Below are positions 49,201-58,800 of a DNA stretch of 64,000 nucleotides, piece by piece (position 1 is the first letter of the stretch; each line of letters starts with the position of its first letter). The stretch lies in contig CAKZLB010000013.1 of assembly GCA_937124965.1 (NCBI GenBank), positions 580,694 to 644,693 of the forward strand, in the 5' to 3' direction. The notes below the pieces were generated by a model. It saw nothing but the letters and a program-made list of their open reading frames with translations. It ran no database searches and was not told the DNA's origin. A program made the position numbers and the translations under genes. This stretch comes from an uncultured Bacteroidota bacterium. Its GTDB lineage: Bacteria; Bacteroidota; Bacteroidia; NS11-12g; UBA9320.

Positions 49201-50359
49201 TCCGATAACGTTTGTTAATTCATTAAGCTTTACTGTAGATACAATCCCACCTATGATTTACATCCCTAATGTTGTAAACACGGAAGGAAAACGCGGAGGA
49301 AAAACGAAAATCATTACAATTTCAAAAAATGTTGGTGGTCAAGCTTTGGACGAAAGTGGATTGCAGGAAGTGACCGTTAATGGTCAACCCGTTGCGTTTT
49401 CGCAAAATGGCAAATTCAACATCGATCAGAACTTTACAAATGTTTATACAAAACTGGTTATTCGAGCAGTCGACAAAAAAGGAAATGTTGCATTAGACTC
49501 CTTTCAAATCAGCAAATCTGATGAAAAGTACGTTGATCCAGGTCAGATTAATGACAGCCAAAAAAACTACGCATTATTATTTGCAACAAGCAACTATGAC
49601 GAATGGAGTGACTTAGAGAATCCGTTAAAAGATGTACGAAAAATTGAATATCAGTTAAAAACCTATTACAATTTTGAAGTTGACGTAAAAATTGATTACA
49701 CCATCGACCAAATGGACTCAATTATTAGAGTGTACAAGCAACAGATGCAATACTCTCCTAACGACCAATTACTGGTCTATTTTGCAGGCCATGGTCATTA
49801 CGAGCCTGGATATGGTGGTTATATTGTTGCAAAAAACTCACGTAAAAATGGAAATCTTAGAACCGACTATTTGAAGTTTGACGACATTCGAACGAGTTTC
49901 AATTTGTTGTACAACTGCAAACATATTATGTTAGTCTTTGATGTATGTTTTGGAGGTGCTGCTTTTGACAAAACAAATGCGACCAACAGCTCAGCCAGTG
50001 ATATAGAATATATGTATCAAGATCCGGAAGGATATTTAAAGAAAAAGTTGGCGATTCAGTCCAGACTATTTATGACTAGCGGTGGCAAAGAATATGTTCC
50101 TGATGTTAGTCAGTTTGCGCAACGCTTTATTGAAACGCTTGAATCAAAAGGAAGCAAAAAAAATGGGTTCATCACATTTGACGACTTCACGAATAACTTA
50201 CAAACGATTGCCCTTTTACCAGATTCAAAGCATCCAACTACTCCACGATACGGTGCATTTGACGACCACTATCCAGGCGGTGACTTCATCCTTCGTTATA
50301 CAAAGCCAAAAACGCAAGATTCATACGAAATGAAAAGACGTTTAAGCAATGCGCCTTAA
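46274..50359 (+). CDS. lipoprotein with TPR repeats, a degenerate caspase-like domain, an Ig-like domain and an intact caspase (peptidase C14) domain
   Basis: Lipoprotein-type signal (…LFFIVAC). TPR block (…NAHFQLGHVYLEQDYFKAALERYQKVIDVYPN…). First C14-like domain lacks the catalytic residues (YYTGFT, LIDAANAS). Second has the His-Gly dyad and the Cys motif (LLVYFAGHGHY…; MLVFDVCFGGAAFD). Confidence 0.65.
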   Translation: MLHFMNLLKVFALALFFIVACDSKIAAQNSPEAKKTYEKILKLLEKGKNDNIPSLLVQAINQEKELGEEKDNQFIASIYYAYSEFFITNSDYYGYASKTYFYAAMYYLKANNITSAQTCFTRSYKYADSMSIYSSAVPYNNDSMSMAYVRYPVDSILYTRGDTTYFTVPLGTRDSISSTHSSIFQTIYDKSKPERKLLNYGVATFVDARFGASTWYVTPSKEGMESGFTPQKGDLLYTKMACTNNWHRGLIRELVQLNVNLSDDYKIPLFNYHVSQFITDEDDEELIISYMTRVIHKTAESLYDSINGTHLHKLDSGAFKNHNMWEAMLRTTNDDVKAFLRFVIDFPGKYMGRSYRIDETYATWLINFTPLANSEADSLLSEYNSLNSQAEFNDWVRLKGHYLEHAEFDFASISENIQDYITEEKFVLADSIIKQWYPTLKTFTTNERLFEFMYLDAYSNVAQKKYDPAIRIYKEVLAMDTNEVNAHFQLGHVYLEQDYFKAALERYQKVIDVYPNIPQGYGSYGWTLLKLGKNKPAQEYLKKAIDLDSTDVSYTMNYAHSLLLQNKSQEARKLYLKVLENLSTEYNYTEGLIADFDYFIDNGRMSDLMKAEKSFVESEWEKHYKFKVKGSDFFSKGQRLEDKKEYLKAAESFDQAIELEKQGRFVRYGLLRNYYRWSAYNYYKYKDYTSSLDRYYQAWYVNLSQLNDVDLEVLDLENISNLHDWLGNDAMEHMYGKMQRAAQRKVQNKVRSNNLYVVSIGANGQDHRGYQFAEKDASQIADILVNKGQRIFDNSSISVLNSPTKDSVTNVIENIISVSKPGDCFVFYYTGFTSQDQIVLGDDTISNEQILAWLSSISATKKLVLIDAANASLVSMYIRNQQSTSNDFSTESVSFLISDGRVEMPNAKTGLFTSYLLEGISGSAATSWKNSFVESRDSTSQIAYVTSKSLEGFMYGNMSTGNLDFDLKSYSSGVDFPITFVNSLSFTVDTIPPMIYIPNVVNTEGKRGGKTKIITISKNVGGQALDESGLQEVTVNGQPVAFSQNGKFNIDQNFTNVYTKLVIRAVDKKGNVALDSFQISKSDEKYVDPGQINDSQKNYALLFATSNYDEWSDLENPLKDVRKIEYQLKTYYNFEVDVKIDYTIDQMDSIIRVYKQQMQYSPNDQLLVYFAGHGHYEPGYGGYIVAKNSRKNGNLRTDYLKFDDIRTSFNLLYNCKHIMLVFDVCFGGAAFDKTNATNSSASDIEYMYQDPEGYLKKKLAIQSRLFMTSGGKEYVPDVSQFAQRFIETLESKGSKKNGFITFDDFTNNLQTIALLPDSKHPTTPRYGAFDDHYPGGDFILRYTKPKTQDSYEMKRRLSNAP

Positions 50360-50400
50360 ACCACTTACATCCCATATTTTTGCACGCTTAAAAAGAACAG

Positions 50401-53400
50401 TTGAACGCGCGCGAAATACTTTCCCACTATGCTCATACGCCAAAGGTAATAGACCTTTTAAACTATCTGCAGGAAGACAAAAAACATGTTTATGTTTCTG
50501 GGACAGCTGGGTCATTCAAATCATTTTTGATTTCTGCAGCGTTTGTAGAACTTAAAAAAAGCATAGTTTACATTGCTCAAAGCTCAGAAGAAGCTCGATA
50601 TGTTTATCAAGATGTTCACAACATTCTTGGAAAATCTAGTGCGTATTATTTACCTCCAAGTTTCCATAAGTCGTATCAAATAGACACCCCTTCGAACAAC
50701 GCCATTCAAGAACGGTCAGAAATAATACTGCAGCTAAGAAAGTCTGACAAGCCAGTTATTTTAATCAGTTCGATTGAGGCTATAGCCGAAAAAGTTATAA
50801 GTGAAGAGAATTTAGAAAAAAATCAATTTGAAGTAAACGTTGGCGAGTTGCTCGACTTTGATTTTATGATGGAGGTGTTAAATACTTATGGTTTCGAACG
50901 TGAAGACTTTGTATACGAACCTGGTCATTATTCAATGCGTGGAGGTATTATCGATATTTTTAGCTTTTCACACGATTTGCCAATTCGTATTGAATTAGAC
51001 GGTAGAACCGTAGAATCCATTCGGCAATTTGACCCAATCACCCAACTTTCTGTTGCTCAATTACAATTCACCTCGATAGTTCCAAATCTGCAAGAAGACG
51101 AAATAGCGGGTAACCGAATAAGCATTTTCGAGTATTTCAAAAAAGAAACCTTATTTTTTGGTTCAGAGTTAAACACTTGCTTTGCTGAACTTAAAACAAA
51201 TATTTCAGGAGATCTGGAGCAACTGTACGATGACGCAACATATTTCAAAAAGCAGCTTACAAAGCGCTCAGGGGCAGAATTTGGTCAGATTCCACATTTT
51301 CGAAACATTGAAAAAATCCAGTTTGAACAAACTCCTCAAAAAACCTTTGGTAAAAACTTCAACCTTCTTATAAATCACTTTCAAGATCATGCAAAAATTG
51401 GAATTGACCAATATATTTTTTCCGAGACGGGGAAACAGGTTGAAAGGCTAGAAACCATTTTTCAAGACATTGGCACTACCGTAAAGTTCAATCCTGTATA
51501 CCTTGGCTTATCCAGTGGTTTCGTAGACAAAGAGCACCATTTAGCAATTTACACTGAACACCAGATATTTGGGAGGCATTATCAATTTAAAAACAAACAC
51601 AAGTACTCTAAAAGTCAAGCGTTAACATTACGAGAACTTAGCAACTTAAAACCTGGTGATTTCATTGTTCATATTGATCATGGTGTTGGTCGATTTGAAG
51701 GATTGCAAAAAATTGAAATGGGCGGTCGGCTGCAAGAATCTGTTCGTATTTCCTATAAAAACAGTGACTTACTGTATGTAAACATTGGGTCGTTACATAA
51801 AATTAGTCGGTATACCGGAAAAGAAGGTCATGCTCCGAAAGTAAATAAGCTCGGTAGCGATGCTTGGGTGAAGCTAAAAAACAAGACTAAGAAGCAGGTA
51901 AAAGACATTGCTCGGGATTTAATAAAACTGTATGCAAAGCGTAAAGCACAACCTGGTTTTCAGTTTTCTCCAGACAATTATTTACAGCATGAGCTAGAAG
52001 CTAGCTTTCTTTATGAAGACACGCCTGACCAAAGCAAAGCAACAGAAGATGTAAAAAAAGATATGGAATCACCTCATCCAATGGATCGATTGGTATGTGG
52101 TGATGTTGGGTTTGGGAAAACTGAAATTGCCTTACGTGCTGCGTTTAAGGCGGTTTGTGACAGCAAGCAAGTAGCCGTTCTTGTTCCAACTACAATTCTT
52201 GCTCAACAACATTACCATACATTTAAAGAACGAATGGATGGGTTTCCTTGTACAGTTGATTATATCAATCGATTTCGAACAGCAAAACAACAAACTCAAA
52301 CATTAAAAAATTTAGCAGAAGGCAAGACTGACATCATTATTGGCACCCATCGTTTGATTGGGAATAAAATTAAATTTCAAGATTTAGGGTTATTGATTAT
52401 TGATGAAGAGCAGAAATTCGGAGTAGCTGCTAAAGAAAAGTTGAAGTCTATTCGAGCGAACGTTGACACATTAACCTTAACGGCAACACCAATTCCAAGA
52501 ACACTGCATTTTTCATTGATGGGTGCACGTGATTTGAGCATAATCAACACGGCTCCGCCAAATCGTCAACCTATAACCACTCAGTTGCACGTATACGGGA
52601 CCGAAATCTTTGAGCAGGCAGTAAATTATGAATTGGATCGTGGCGGACAAGTTTTTGTGATACACAATCGTGTTAGAGATATTCAAGATGTTGCAAGTAT
52701 GATTCGTAGTGTTTCTCCAAACGCAAGAGTCGTTGTAGGCCATGGACAAATGGCTGGTGATGAATTAGAGAATGTAATGTTGCGTTTTATCGAAGGCGAA
52801 TATGACGTACTAGTTGCTACCACTATTATAGAAAGTGGTTTAGATATTCCGAATGCAAATACGATATTAATAAACAATGCGCATTACTTTGGCTTGAGTG
52901 ATCTTCATCAAATGCGTGGTCGTGTTGGAAGAAGTAATAAAAAAGCATTTGCGCATTTAATCACGCCACCATTGCATACATTGACTGATGAAGCTCGCAG
53001 ACGACTTCAAGCTATTGAGGAATTTTCTGAATTAGGCAGTGGATTTAATGTTGCCATGCGTGATTTAGACATTCGCGGGGCTGGGAATTTATTAGGCGGA
53101 GAACAAAGTGGTTTTATTTCTGAAATTGGCTTTGACATGTATCATAAAATTCTTGACGAAGCGGTTAAGGAGCTGCGTAATGACGAATTCAAAGAACTGT
53201 TTGAAGACGATGAAAAGAATTCTGAAATGAGTGATGATTGTCAGGTTGAGACAGACTTTGACATAATGATTCCAGACCAATACGTCAGCAATATATCGGA
53301 ACGATTGAGTCTATACACGGAACTTTCGAAGATAGAAACTGACGAAGCGTTAATAGCTTTTAGAGACGAACTGAAAGATCGATTTGGAGAGTTGCCGATT

Positions 53401-53682
53401 GCTGTAAAAGATTTGTTGTATAGCGTAAGGTTAAAACATGTTGGTATGCGTTTAGGGTGGCAAAAAATTCGAATCAAAAATGGTAAACTATTGGGTTACT
53501 TCCCTGATGAGACCAATACTCACTATTACAATTCTGAGCTATTTGGAAATATAATGACCAAGGTAAATCAACATTCAAACATGTTTAGTCTAAAGCAAAA
53601 AGGGAATCAATTACTACTGGTGACTGAGCAGAAAATATTGAACATAAAGGATTCGATCGCCTATTTAAAGCATCTATCATAA
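50401..53682 (+). CDS. mfd: transcription-repair coupling factor
   Basis: UvrB-homology N-terminal region. RNAP-interacting domain. Superfamily-2 translocase motifs (GDVGFGKTEIALRAAFKA, DEEQKFGV, TATPIPRTL, QMRGRVGRS). TRG motif. 1093 aa. Confidence 0.9.
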   Translation: MNAREILSHYAHTPKVIDLLNYLQEDKKHVYVSGTAGSFKSFLISAAFVELKKSIVYIAQSSEEARYVYQDVHNILGKSSAYYLPPSFHKSYQIDTPSNNAIQERSEIILQLRKSDKPVILISSIEAIAEKVISEENLEKNQFEVNVGELLDFDFMMEVLNTYGFEREDFVYEPGHYSMRGGIIDIFSFSHDLPIRIELDGRTVESIRQFDPITQLSVAQLQFTSIVPNLQEDEIAGNRISIFEYFKKETLFFGSELNTCFAELKTNISGDLEQLYDDATYFKKQLTKRSGAEFGQIPHFRNIEKIQFEQTPQKTFGKNFNLLINHFQDHAKIGIDQYIFSETGKQVERLETIFQDIGTTVKFNPVYLGLSSGFVDKEHHLAIYTEHQIFGRHYQFKNKHKYSKSQALTLRELSNLKPGDFIVHIDHGVGRFEGLQKIEMGGRLQESVRISYKNSDLLYVNIGSLHKISRYTGKEGHAPKVNKLGSDAWVKLKNKTKKQVKDIARDLIKLYAKRKAQPGFQFSPDNYLQHELEASFLYEDTPDQSKATEDVKKDMESPHPMDRLVCGDVGFGKTEIALRAAFKAVCDSKQVAVLVPTTILAQQHYHTFKERMDGFPCTVDYINRFRTAKQQTQTLKNLAEGKTDIIIGTHRLIGNKIKFQDLGLLIIDEEQKFGVAAKEKLKSIRANVDTLTLTATPIPRTLHFSLMGARDLSIINTAPPNRQPITTQLHVYGTEIFEQAVNYELDRGGQVFVIHNRVRDIQDVASMIRSVSPNARVVVGHGQMAGDELENVMLRFIEGEYDVLVATTIIESGLDIPNANTILINNAHYFGLSDLHQMRGRVGRSNKKAFAHLITPPLHTLTDEARRRLQAIEEFSELGSGFNVAMRDLDIRGAGNLLGGEQSGFISEIGFDMYHKILDEAVKELRNDEFKELFEDDEKNSEMSDDCQVETDFDIMIPDQYVSNISERLSLYTELSKIETDEALIAFRDELKDRFGELPIAVKDLLYSVRLKHVGMRLGWQKIRIKNGKLLGYFPDETNTHYYNSELFGNIMTKVNQHSNMFSLKQKGNQLLLVTEQKILNIKDSIAYLKHLS

Positions 53683-53922
53683 TTCTTTTATTGGACCAAA
53701 ACCCCTCGTTACATCTAACTAGCAAAAAGAAATAATTATGACATAGTTCTATGTTGGATATGATTTAGAACGTTTATATTTGCAGAACTACTTTATTAAC
53801 TATGTGCGTCTAGGAAACGACTTCCATTAGCCACATTATAACAACAGATTTATTCGTTAGCAATAACGATAAACATAAACGTCTTATCAATTAGGTAAGC
53901 ATGGTTAGTAATTTTAGTTCCA

Positions 53923-53948
53923 AACCCGGCGGGAGCCGGGTTTTTTGG
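53923..53948. terminator. Rho-independent terminator; strong on the plus strand (T6), weaker on the minus strand, where it lies immediately after the kynU stop
   Basis: Hairpin cccggc-ggga-gccggg followed by TTTTTTGG on the plus strand. On the minus strand it starts 2 nt after the kynureninase stop codon. Confidence 0.55.
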
Positions 53949-53949
53949 T

Positions 53950-55209
53950 TTAAAACGATTTTAAAATTTCTCCAAATCGATAGATATCTTCAAACGAATT
54001 GTACAAAGGGACTGGAGCCATTCTGATAACGTTTGGTTCTCTCCAATCAGCTATTACTCCATTTTTTGTTAGATGATCAAAAAGCATTTTCCCATTTTCA
54101 CCTGTCAGCACTGATAATTGACATCCGCGTTCTTCTGGGGTGATAATTTCAAACGTGAGTTTATCGTTTGATTTGGCGGCATCCTCTACAACAAACTGCA
54201 AAAAGGCATTAAGTGGTTTTGATTTTTCATTTAACTGAGCCATTGAAACTTCATCAAACATATCTAACGAAGCACGGTGTGCTGCCATTGATAAAACAGG
54301 TGCGTTGCTCAATTGCCAACCAGCAGCTCCAGACTCAGGGTTGAATCCTTTTTTCATTAAAAATCGTTCCGATTCATTATGTCCCCACCAACCTGCAAAT
54401 CGAGGAAGGTCTGGATTGTCAGCATGACGTTCATGAACAAATGCCCCTGACACTCCACCTGGTCCACTGTTTAAATATTTGTAGCTACACCATACCGCAA
54501 AATCAACATCCCAATCGTGTAATTGTAATTCTAAATTTCCAGCAGCATGTGCCAAATCAAAACCCGCAATCGCTCCAACTTCATGTGCCTTTTCCGTAAT
54601 CGCTTTCATGTTGAATGCTTGTCCTGTGTAGTACTGAACACCGCTGAACATAACAGTTGCAACAGAATCACCGTGTTCAGTAATTGTCGCTAAAATATCT
54701 TCGGTCCGAAGTGAATGCTCTCCTTCTCTTGGAAAAACTTCAATCACGGCATCTTCATAAGAGAAGCCATGAAATTTTACTTGAGACTCCATCGCATATT
54801 GGTCCGAAGGGAAGGCTCCACCTTCCATAATAATTTTGTATCGTGTTTTAGTTGGTCGATAAAACGAAACCATTAATAAATGCAGGTTAACCGTTAAATT
54901 GTTCATGACGACAACTTCTTTTGGGTTTGCTCCTACAACTTTTGCCGCAGATTCAGAAAAAAACTTGTGGTAATGAAACCACGGATTTTTACCATCGAAG
55001 TGACCATCTACACCGTATTTTGCCCAATCATCTAACTCTTGCTGAATTTTATCTTTCACACTCTTAGGCTGCAAACCAAGACTGTTTCCAGTAAGGTAGA
55101 CGCTGTCTTTCCCATTGTGTTGAGGAATAAAAAACTGAGACCGGTACGATTTTAACGAATCGTTTTGGTCCATTTTAAGAGCGAACTCTTGAGTGTTTTC
55201 AAATTGCAT
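53950..55209 (-). CDS. kynU: kynureninase
   Basis: PLP-dependent aminotransferase class V fold. Typical kynureninase N-terminus (…SYRSQFFIPQ…VYLTGNSLGLQPK…) and the conserved …SGPGGVSGAFVHE… Lys region. 419 aa. Confidence 0.8.
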   Translation of the reverse strand: MQFENTQEFALKMDQNDSLKSYRSQFFIPQHNGKDSVYLTGNSLGLQPKSVKDKIQQELDDWAKYGVDGHFDGKNPWFHYHKFFSESAAKVVGANPKEVVVMNNLTVNLHLLMVSFYRPTKTRYKIIMEGGAFPSDQYAMESQVKFHGFSYEDAVIEVFPREGEHSLRTEDILATITEHGDSVATVMFSGVQYYTGQAFNMKAITEKAHEVGAIAGFDLAHAAGNLELQLHDWDVDFAVWCSYKYLNSGPGGVSGAFVHERHADNPDLPRFAGWWGHNESERFLMKKGFNPESGAAGWQLSNAPVLSMAAHRASLDMFDEVSMAQLNEKSKPLNAFLQFVVEDAAKSNDKLTFEIITPEERGCQLSVLTGENGKMLFDHLTKNGVIADWREPNVIRMAPVPLYNSFEDIYRFGEILKSF

Positions 55210-55296
55210 GGGGCAAAGTTAGCCTATTTGCGATTTTATAGATATGTGAAATGTCTTTACCAAGAAAAGTGAACTATTGGTTGTAGACCGTTTAAT

Positions 55297-55932
55297 TTAC
55301 AATAACCCTAAATAAAATTTGCTGTTTGCAATATAGCCGATCCCATCGCGTGTTATTAGATCAAACTTAAAAGGGTAAACTAATTGGTTAAACGAGTTAA
55401 CCACACCCCATTTCCCTCCTTTTGATGCAATTATAAAAGTAGATCTAATTGCTAACGGTGGATGATCGTAATGGCAAGGAATCACCTCCCTGCCAAGTGT
55501 ATCAATCATTCCCCAAAGAGAATCTTTTTGGACTGCAGCTAACCCATATTCAAAAAACCTTACTCGGGAATATTGCAACTGGCATATTTCGCTTCCATTA
55601 TGGTCAATAAACCCATATTTTGAGTGTATTGTATCTCGACTTACCGCAGCATATCCATTGTAAAAATCCGATACATCTGCATAGCAAAACGCAGTAATAG
55701 AGTCTCCAACTTCGGTAATATATCCGTATAGCTCGCCTTTATTTACCCAGCAAAGACCTTCTTGAAAGTTAGAAACTTCAGTAAAAAGAAATTCCGTTAA
55801 AGCACTATCTTGATTAAAAAGCCCGTACCTATCCTTTTCACGTTTAAAATGAGTTTGTGCTTGAACACATAAGGAAGTAATTACGATCAATAAGACAAGA
55901 CTTATGCGTCGTATCTCATTGAATAGTATCAT
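55297..55932 (-). CDS. secreted WG-repeat (KWG-like) protein
   Basis: Signal peptide. Repeated (K/L)WG(V/M)(V/I)(D/N)..G..V(I/Y)P..(F/Y)D modules (KWGVVNSFNQLVYPFKFD, LWGMIDTLGREVIPCHYD, YGFIDHNGSEI). Confidence 0.6.
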   Translation of the reverse strand: MILFNEIRRISLVLLIVITSLCVQAQTHFKREKDRYGLFNQDSALTEFLFTEVSNFQEGLCWVNKGELYGYITEVGDSITAFCYADVSDFYNGYAAVSRDTIHSKYGFIDHNGSEICQLQYSRVRFFEYGLAAVQKDSLWGMIDTLGREVIPCHYDHPPLAIRSTFIIASKGGKWGVVNSFNQLVYPFKFDLITRDGIGYIANSKFYLGLL

Positions 55933-57323
55933 TATGAATGAATTGCTCTATTTTCTGTTGCAGCAAGAGCTGCCTCTTTTGTAACCTCTGAAGTTGTTGG
56001 ATGTGCATGACATGTTCGCGCAATGTCTTCTGCGCTAGCTCGGAACTCCATAGCTACTGCAATTTCAGCTATCATGTCTGCAGCTCGTGCACCAATCATG
56101 TGTGCCCCTAAGACTTCATCGGTTTCTTTATCTGCTAATATCTTAACAAAACCATCCAAATCTATTCCTGCAACCGCTCGACCATTTGCTCTGAATGGGA
56201 ATTGGCCCGCTTTGTATTCTATTCCAGCGGCTTTCAATTCTTCTTCTGTTTTACCAACAGAAGCAACCTCTGGCCAAGTATAAACAACGCCTGGAATTAG
56301 ATTGTAATTAATGTGCGGTTTTTGACCAGCCATTAGTTCTGCAACCATTACCCCCTCTTCTTCAGCTTTGTGAGCAAGCATAGCTCCTTTAACCACATCG
56401 CCAATAGCAAATATGTTTGGAACGTTAGTTTGTAAATGTTCATTTACGTCTACTCGTCCTCTATCGTCAACTTTAACACCGGCATTTTCTAGTCCTAGTC
56501 CATCCGTATATGGTCTTCTTCCCACAGAAACTAAGCAGTAATCACCTTCTAAAACAACTTCACCTTTTTTGCCTTCGGCCTTAACCGTGACTTTATTTCC
56601 TTTAGAGGTAACTGAAGTCACTTTATGACCCAAGTGGAACTTCATTTTTTCCTTTTTCATAACCCGTGCAAGCTCTTTACCCAGGCCTGCGTCCATTGTT
56701 GGTATAATACTCGGAGCATATTCAATTACAGAAACGTCAGAGCCTAAGCGATTATAAACAGACCCAAGTTCCATTCCTATTACACCACCACCAATTACAA
56801 TTAAGTGTTTTGGAATCTCTTTTAAACTTAATGCTTCCGTTGAAGAAATTATGCGTTTTTTGTCAATTTCCATACCTGGAAGAGAAGCTGGTTTGCTTCC
56901 AGTGGCAATAACAATATTGGTTCCCTCGATGGTAGTTTCAGTATCGCCAACAATCTTAACGGTTGTTTTATTGACAAGACTTCCTGTACCTGTATGAACA
57001 TCAATTTTGTTTTTCTTCATCAAGAAATCCACTCCTTTAGTCATTTGATCTACCACACCTTGTTTGCGGCTAATCATCTGTGTAAAGTCGATTTTCGGAG
57101 TTCCAATGTTTATCCCATGTGCTTCAAACTTGTGCAAAGCATCATGGTATTGGTGAGAACTATCTAATAGTGCTTTCGATGGAATACAACCAACATTTAA
57201 GCACGTTCCACCAAGCGTATTATATTTTTCTACGATAGCCGTTTTCATTCCAAGTTGGGCGCATCGGATTGCACAAACATATCCACCTGGTCCTGACCCA
57301 ATGACAATTACGTCGTATTTCAT
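55932..57323 (-). CDS. lpdA: dihydrolipoyl dehydrogenase
   Basis: FAD-binding GSGPGG. Redox-active disulfide GGTCLNVGCIPSK. NAD-binding domain. C-terminal HAHPT. 463 aa. Confidence 0.9.
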   Translation of the reverse strand: MKYDVIVIGSGPGGYVCAIRCAQLGMKTAIVEKYNTLGGTCLNVGCIPSKALLDSSHQYHDALHKFEAHGINIGTPKIDFTQMISRKQGVVDQMTKGVDFLMKKNKIDVHTGTGSLVNKTTVKIVGDTETTIEGTNIVIATGSKPASLPGMEIDKKRIISSTEALSLKEIPKHLIVIGGGVIGMELGSVYNRLGSDVSVIEYAPSIIPTMDAGLGKELARVMKKEKMKFHLGHKVTSVTSKGNKVTVKAEGKKGEVVLEGDYCLVSVGRRPYTDGLGLENAGVKVDDRGRVDVNEHLQTNVPNIFAIGDVVKGAMLAHKAEEEGVMVAELMAGQKPHINYNLIPGVVYTWPEVASVGKTEEELKAAGIEYKAGQFPFRANGRAVAGIDLDGFVKILADKETDEVLGAHMIGARAADMIAEIAVAMEFRASAEDIARTCHAHPTTSEVTKEAALAATENRAIHS

Positions 57324-57326
57324 AAT

Positions 57327-57833
57327 TTAAAAAATTTCTTGTCCTATACTTACTTTTATACCTTTATCATGGACACCTTCTAAAACTTCTCGGCGCATGT
57401 ATGGTACGATTTTAATTTTATATGCTCCAACCTGTTTGATAGGAAGTTTTTCAACCAATGGGAACTCATAACTATGTAAATCTCCAAATCCCTTTCCTAA
57501 CCATTTACCAGCTTTATCGGTTACTTCAAAACTTTTAATTTCAGTAATTTTTTGACCGGTTGGTCCAACTAAAATGTATTTAAAGTAGATATTGCTATAT
57601 GGATAAAGCGATGAAAACCTAACCAAACCAAAGATGTTGTGGTAGTGCTGTGTATCTGTTACATCAAATTGCGCAAAAAGTGTATCAGTGTCTTGCCACT
57701 GAGAGTCGGGGATAGTTTCGGATTCACTATAAACTGTAGAATTATCGCATGACGAAAAAACTAAAAGAGAGATAAATCCAAGCCCGATTAAATAAACACT
57801 TTTTACTTGCAATTTTGCCGTTTTACAAGGCAA
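57327..57833 (-). CDS. small lipoprotein (possibly gliding-motility GldH-like; the family assignment is not secure)
   Basis: Lipoprotein signal (…LLVFSSC). ~160 aa, matching the size and N-terminus expected for GldH-type lipoproteins. I could not confirm family motifs from memory. Confidence 0.35.
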   Translation of the reverse strand: MPCKTAKLQVKSVYLIGLGFISLLVFSSCDNSTVYSESETIPDSQWQDTDTLFAQFDVTDTQHYHNIFGLVRFSSLYPYSNIYFKYILVGPTGQKITEIKSFEVTDKAGKWLGKGFGDLHSYEFPLVEKLPIKQVGAYKIKIVPYMRREVLEGVHDKGIKVSIGQEIF

Positions 57834-57878
57834 AGTTAATCTATTCTGAAAGCTTCAAAACAGGATTATATCAAAATC

Positions 57879-58712
57879 TTATTGAACGGTAATTTTTTGC
57901 ACCACAGTATAAGAGTCTTGCAACCCTGAAACCGTGTAAATTCCAGGTTTTACGTCAAGCGAAATCGCTGAAGTCGCTTCTTCAGTTTCAAACACTATTT
58001 GTCCTGCAAAATTCCGAACCTGAATATTACTCAAGGAGTTCTTGAATTTAAGTTCTCCTGCTGATGGGTTTGGGTAAATCATATTTGTAACGGTAACCAC
58101 ACGTGAAACCGATAACGGGTTGTAGTTAAACTTTGTGCTATACGTTGTTTCGCATGCTTCTGGTGTTCTGACCAATAGTGTGAATGGGTAATCTTTTCCA
58201 TCTAAATACGGCTGAACATCATTATATAAAAACGTTGGTGTGATATCATTACTTTTAACAACACCAGCTAAATTCCATTGGTAAAAGTTCAATGGATCGG
58301 TTGTCGCTTGGCTGTCTATTTCTACATCCTGTGTTGTTCCTTTATTATTTACATCCCATCTAAAAAAGGCATTTGGGTTCGGGAAAATTTCTACAAAATC
58401 AGTTAAGCTATCTTTTTCGGAAGGAATCGATTGCGATTGCACGACTAATTTAACCTCGAAACTTTGCCCTGTGGTTTCATTATCAAGTGTATAGGTGTGT
58501 TTTGGAAATTGATCCGTTGACGTTGTTCCATCTCCGAACGTCCAAAAGTAGTTAGCATTACCAAATTTAATTGGCACTTTACTCGTATTGGTAAAGACGA
58601 CTTCGGCCTTATCACACGCATCAAGGACACTAAAACGTGCCTGAATAGAATCTTGCGCAAACACATTTCCGAATGCAAACAACATTAAAGTTAATACAGT
58701 AAAATTTTTCAT
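57879..58712 (-). CDS. T9SS type-A cargo: small secreted PKD-domain protein with a Por_Secre_tail C-terminal domain
   Basis: Probable start MKNFTVLTLMLFAFGNVFAQ. The ORF track starts at 58745. PKD motif (WTFGDGTTS). C-terminal IYPNPSAG motif plus beta-sandwich tail ending KITVQ. Confidence 0.7.
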   Translation of the reverse strand: MKNFTVLTLMLFAFGNVFAQDSIQARFSVLDACDKAEVVFTNTSKVPIKFGNANYFWTFGDGTTSTDQFPKHTYTLDNETTGQSFEVKLVVQSQSIPSEKDSLTDFVEIFPNPNAFFRWDVNNKGTTQDVEIDSQATTDPLNFYQWNLAGVVKSNDITPTFLYNDVQPYLDGKDYPFTLLVRTPEACETTYSTKFNYNPLSVSRVVTVTNMIYPNPSAGELKFKNSLSNIQVRNFAGQIVFETEEATSAISLDVKPGIYTVSGLQDSYTVVQKITVQ

Positions 58713-58800
58713 TATTATTTCAATTTCAATCCACCAAAAATACAAAATAAATTATGAGTTGATTGTGGGCGTTAACCTTTGATGCGTAATTATTCTATCT

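Noticed and set aside
50349-50555. 68-aa ORF overlapping the mfd start
   Set aside because: Out-of-frame overlap with the Mfd N-terminus.
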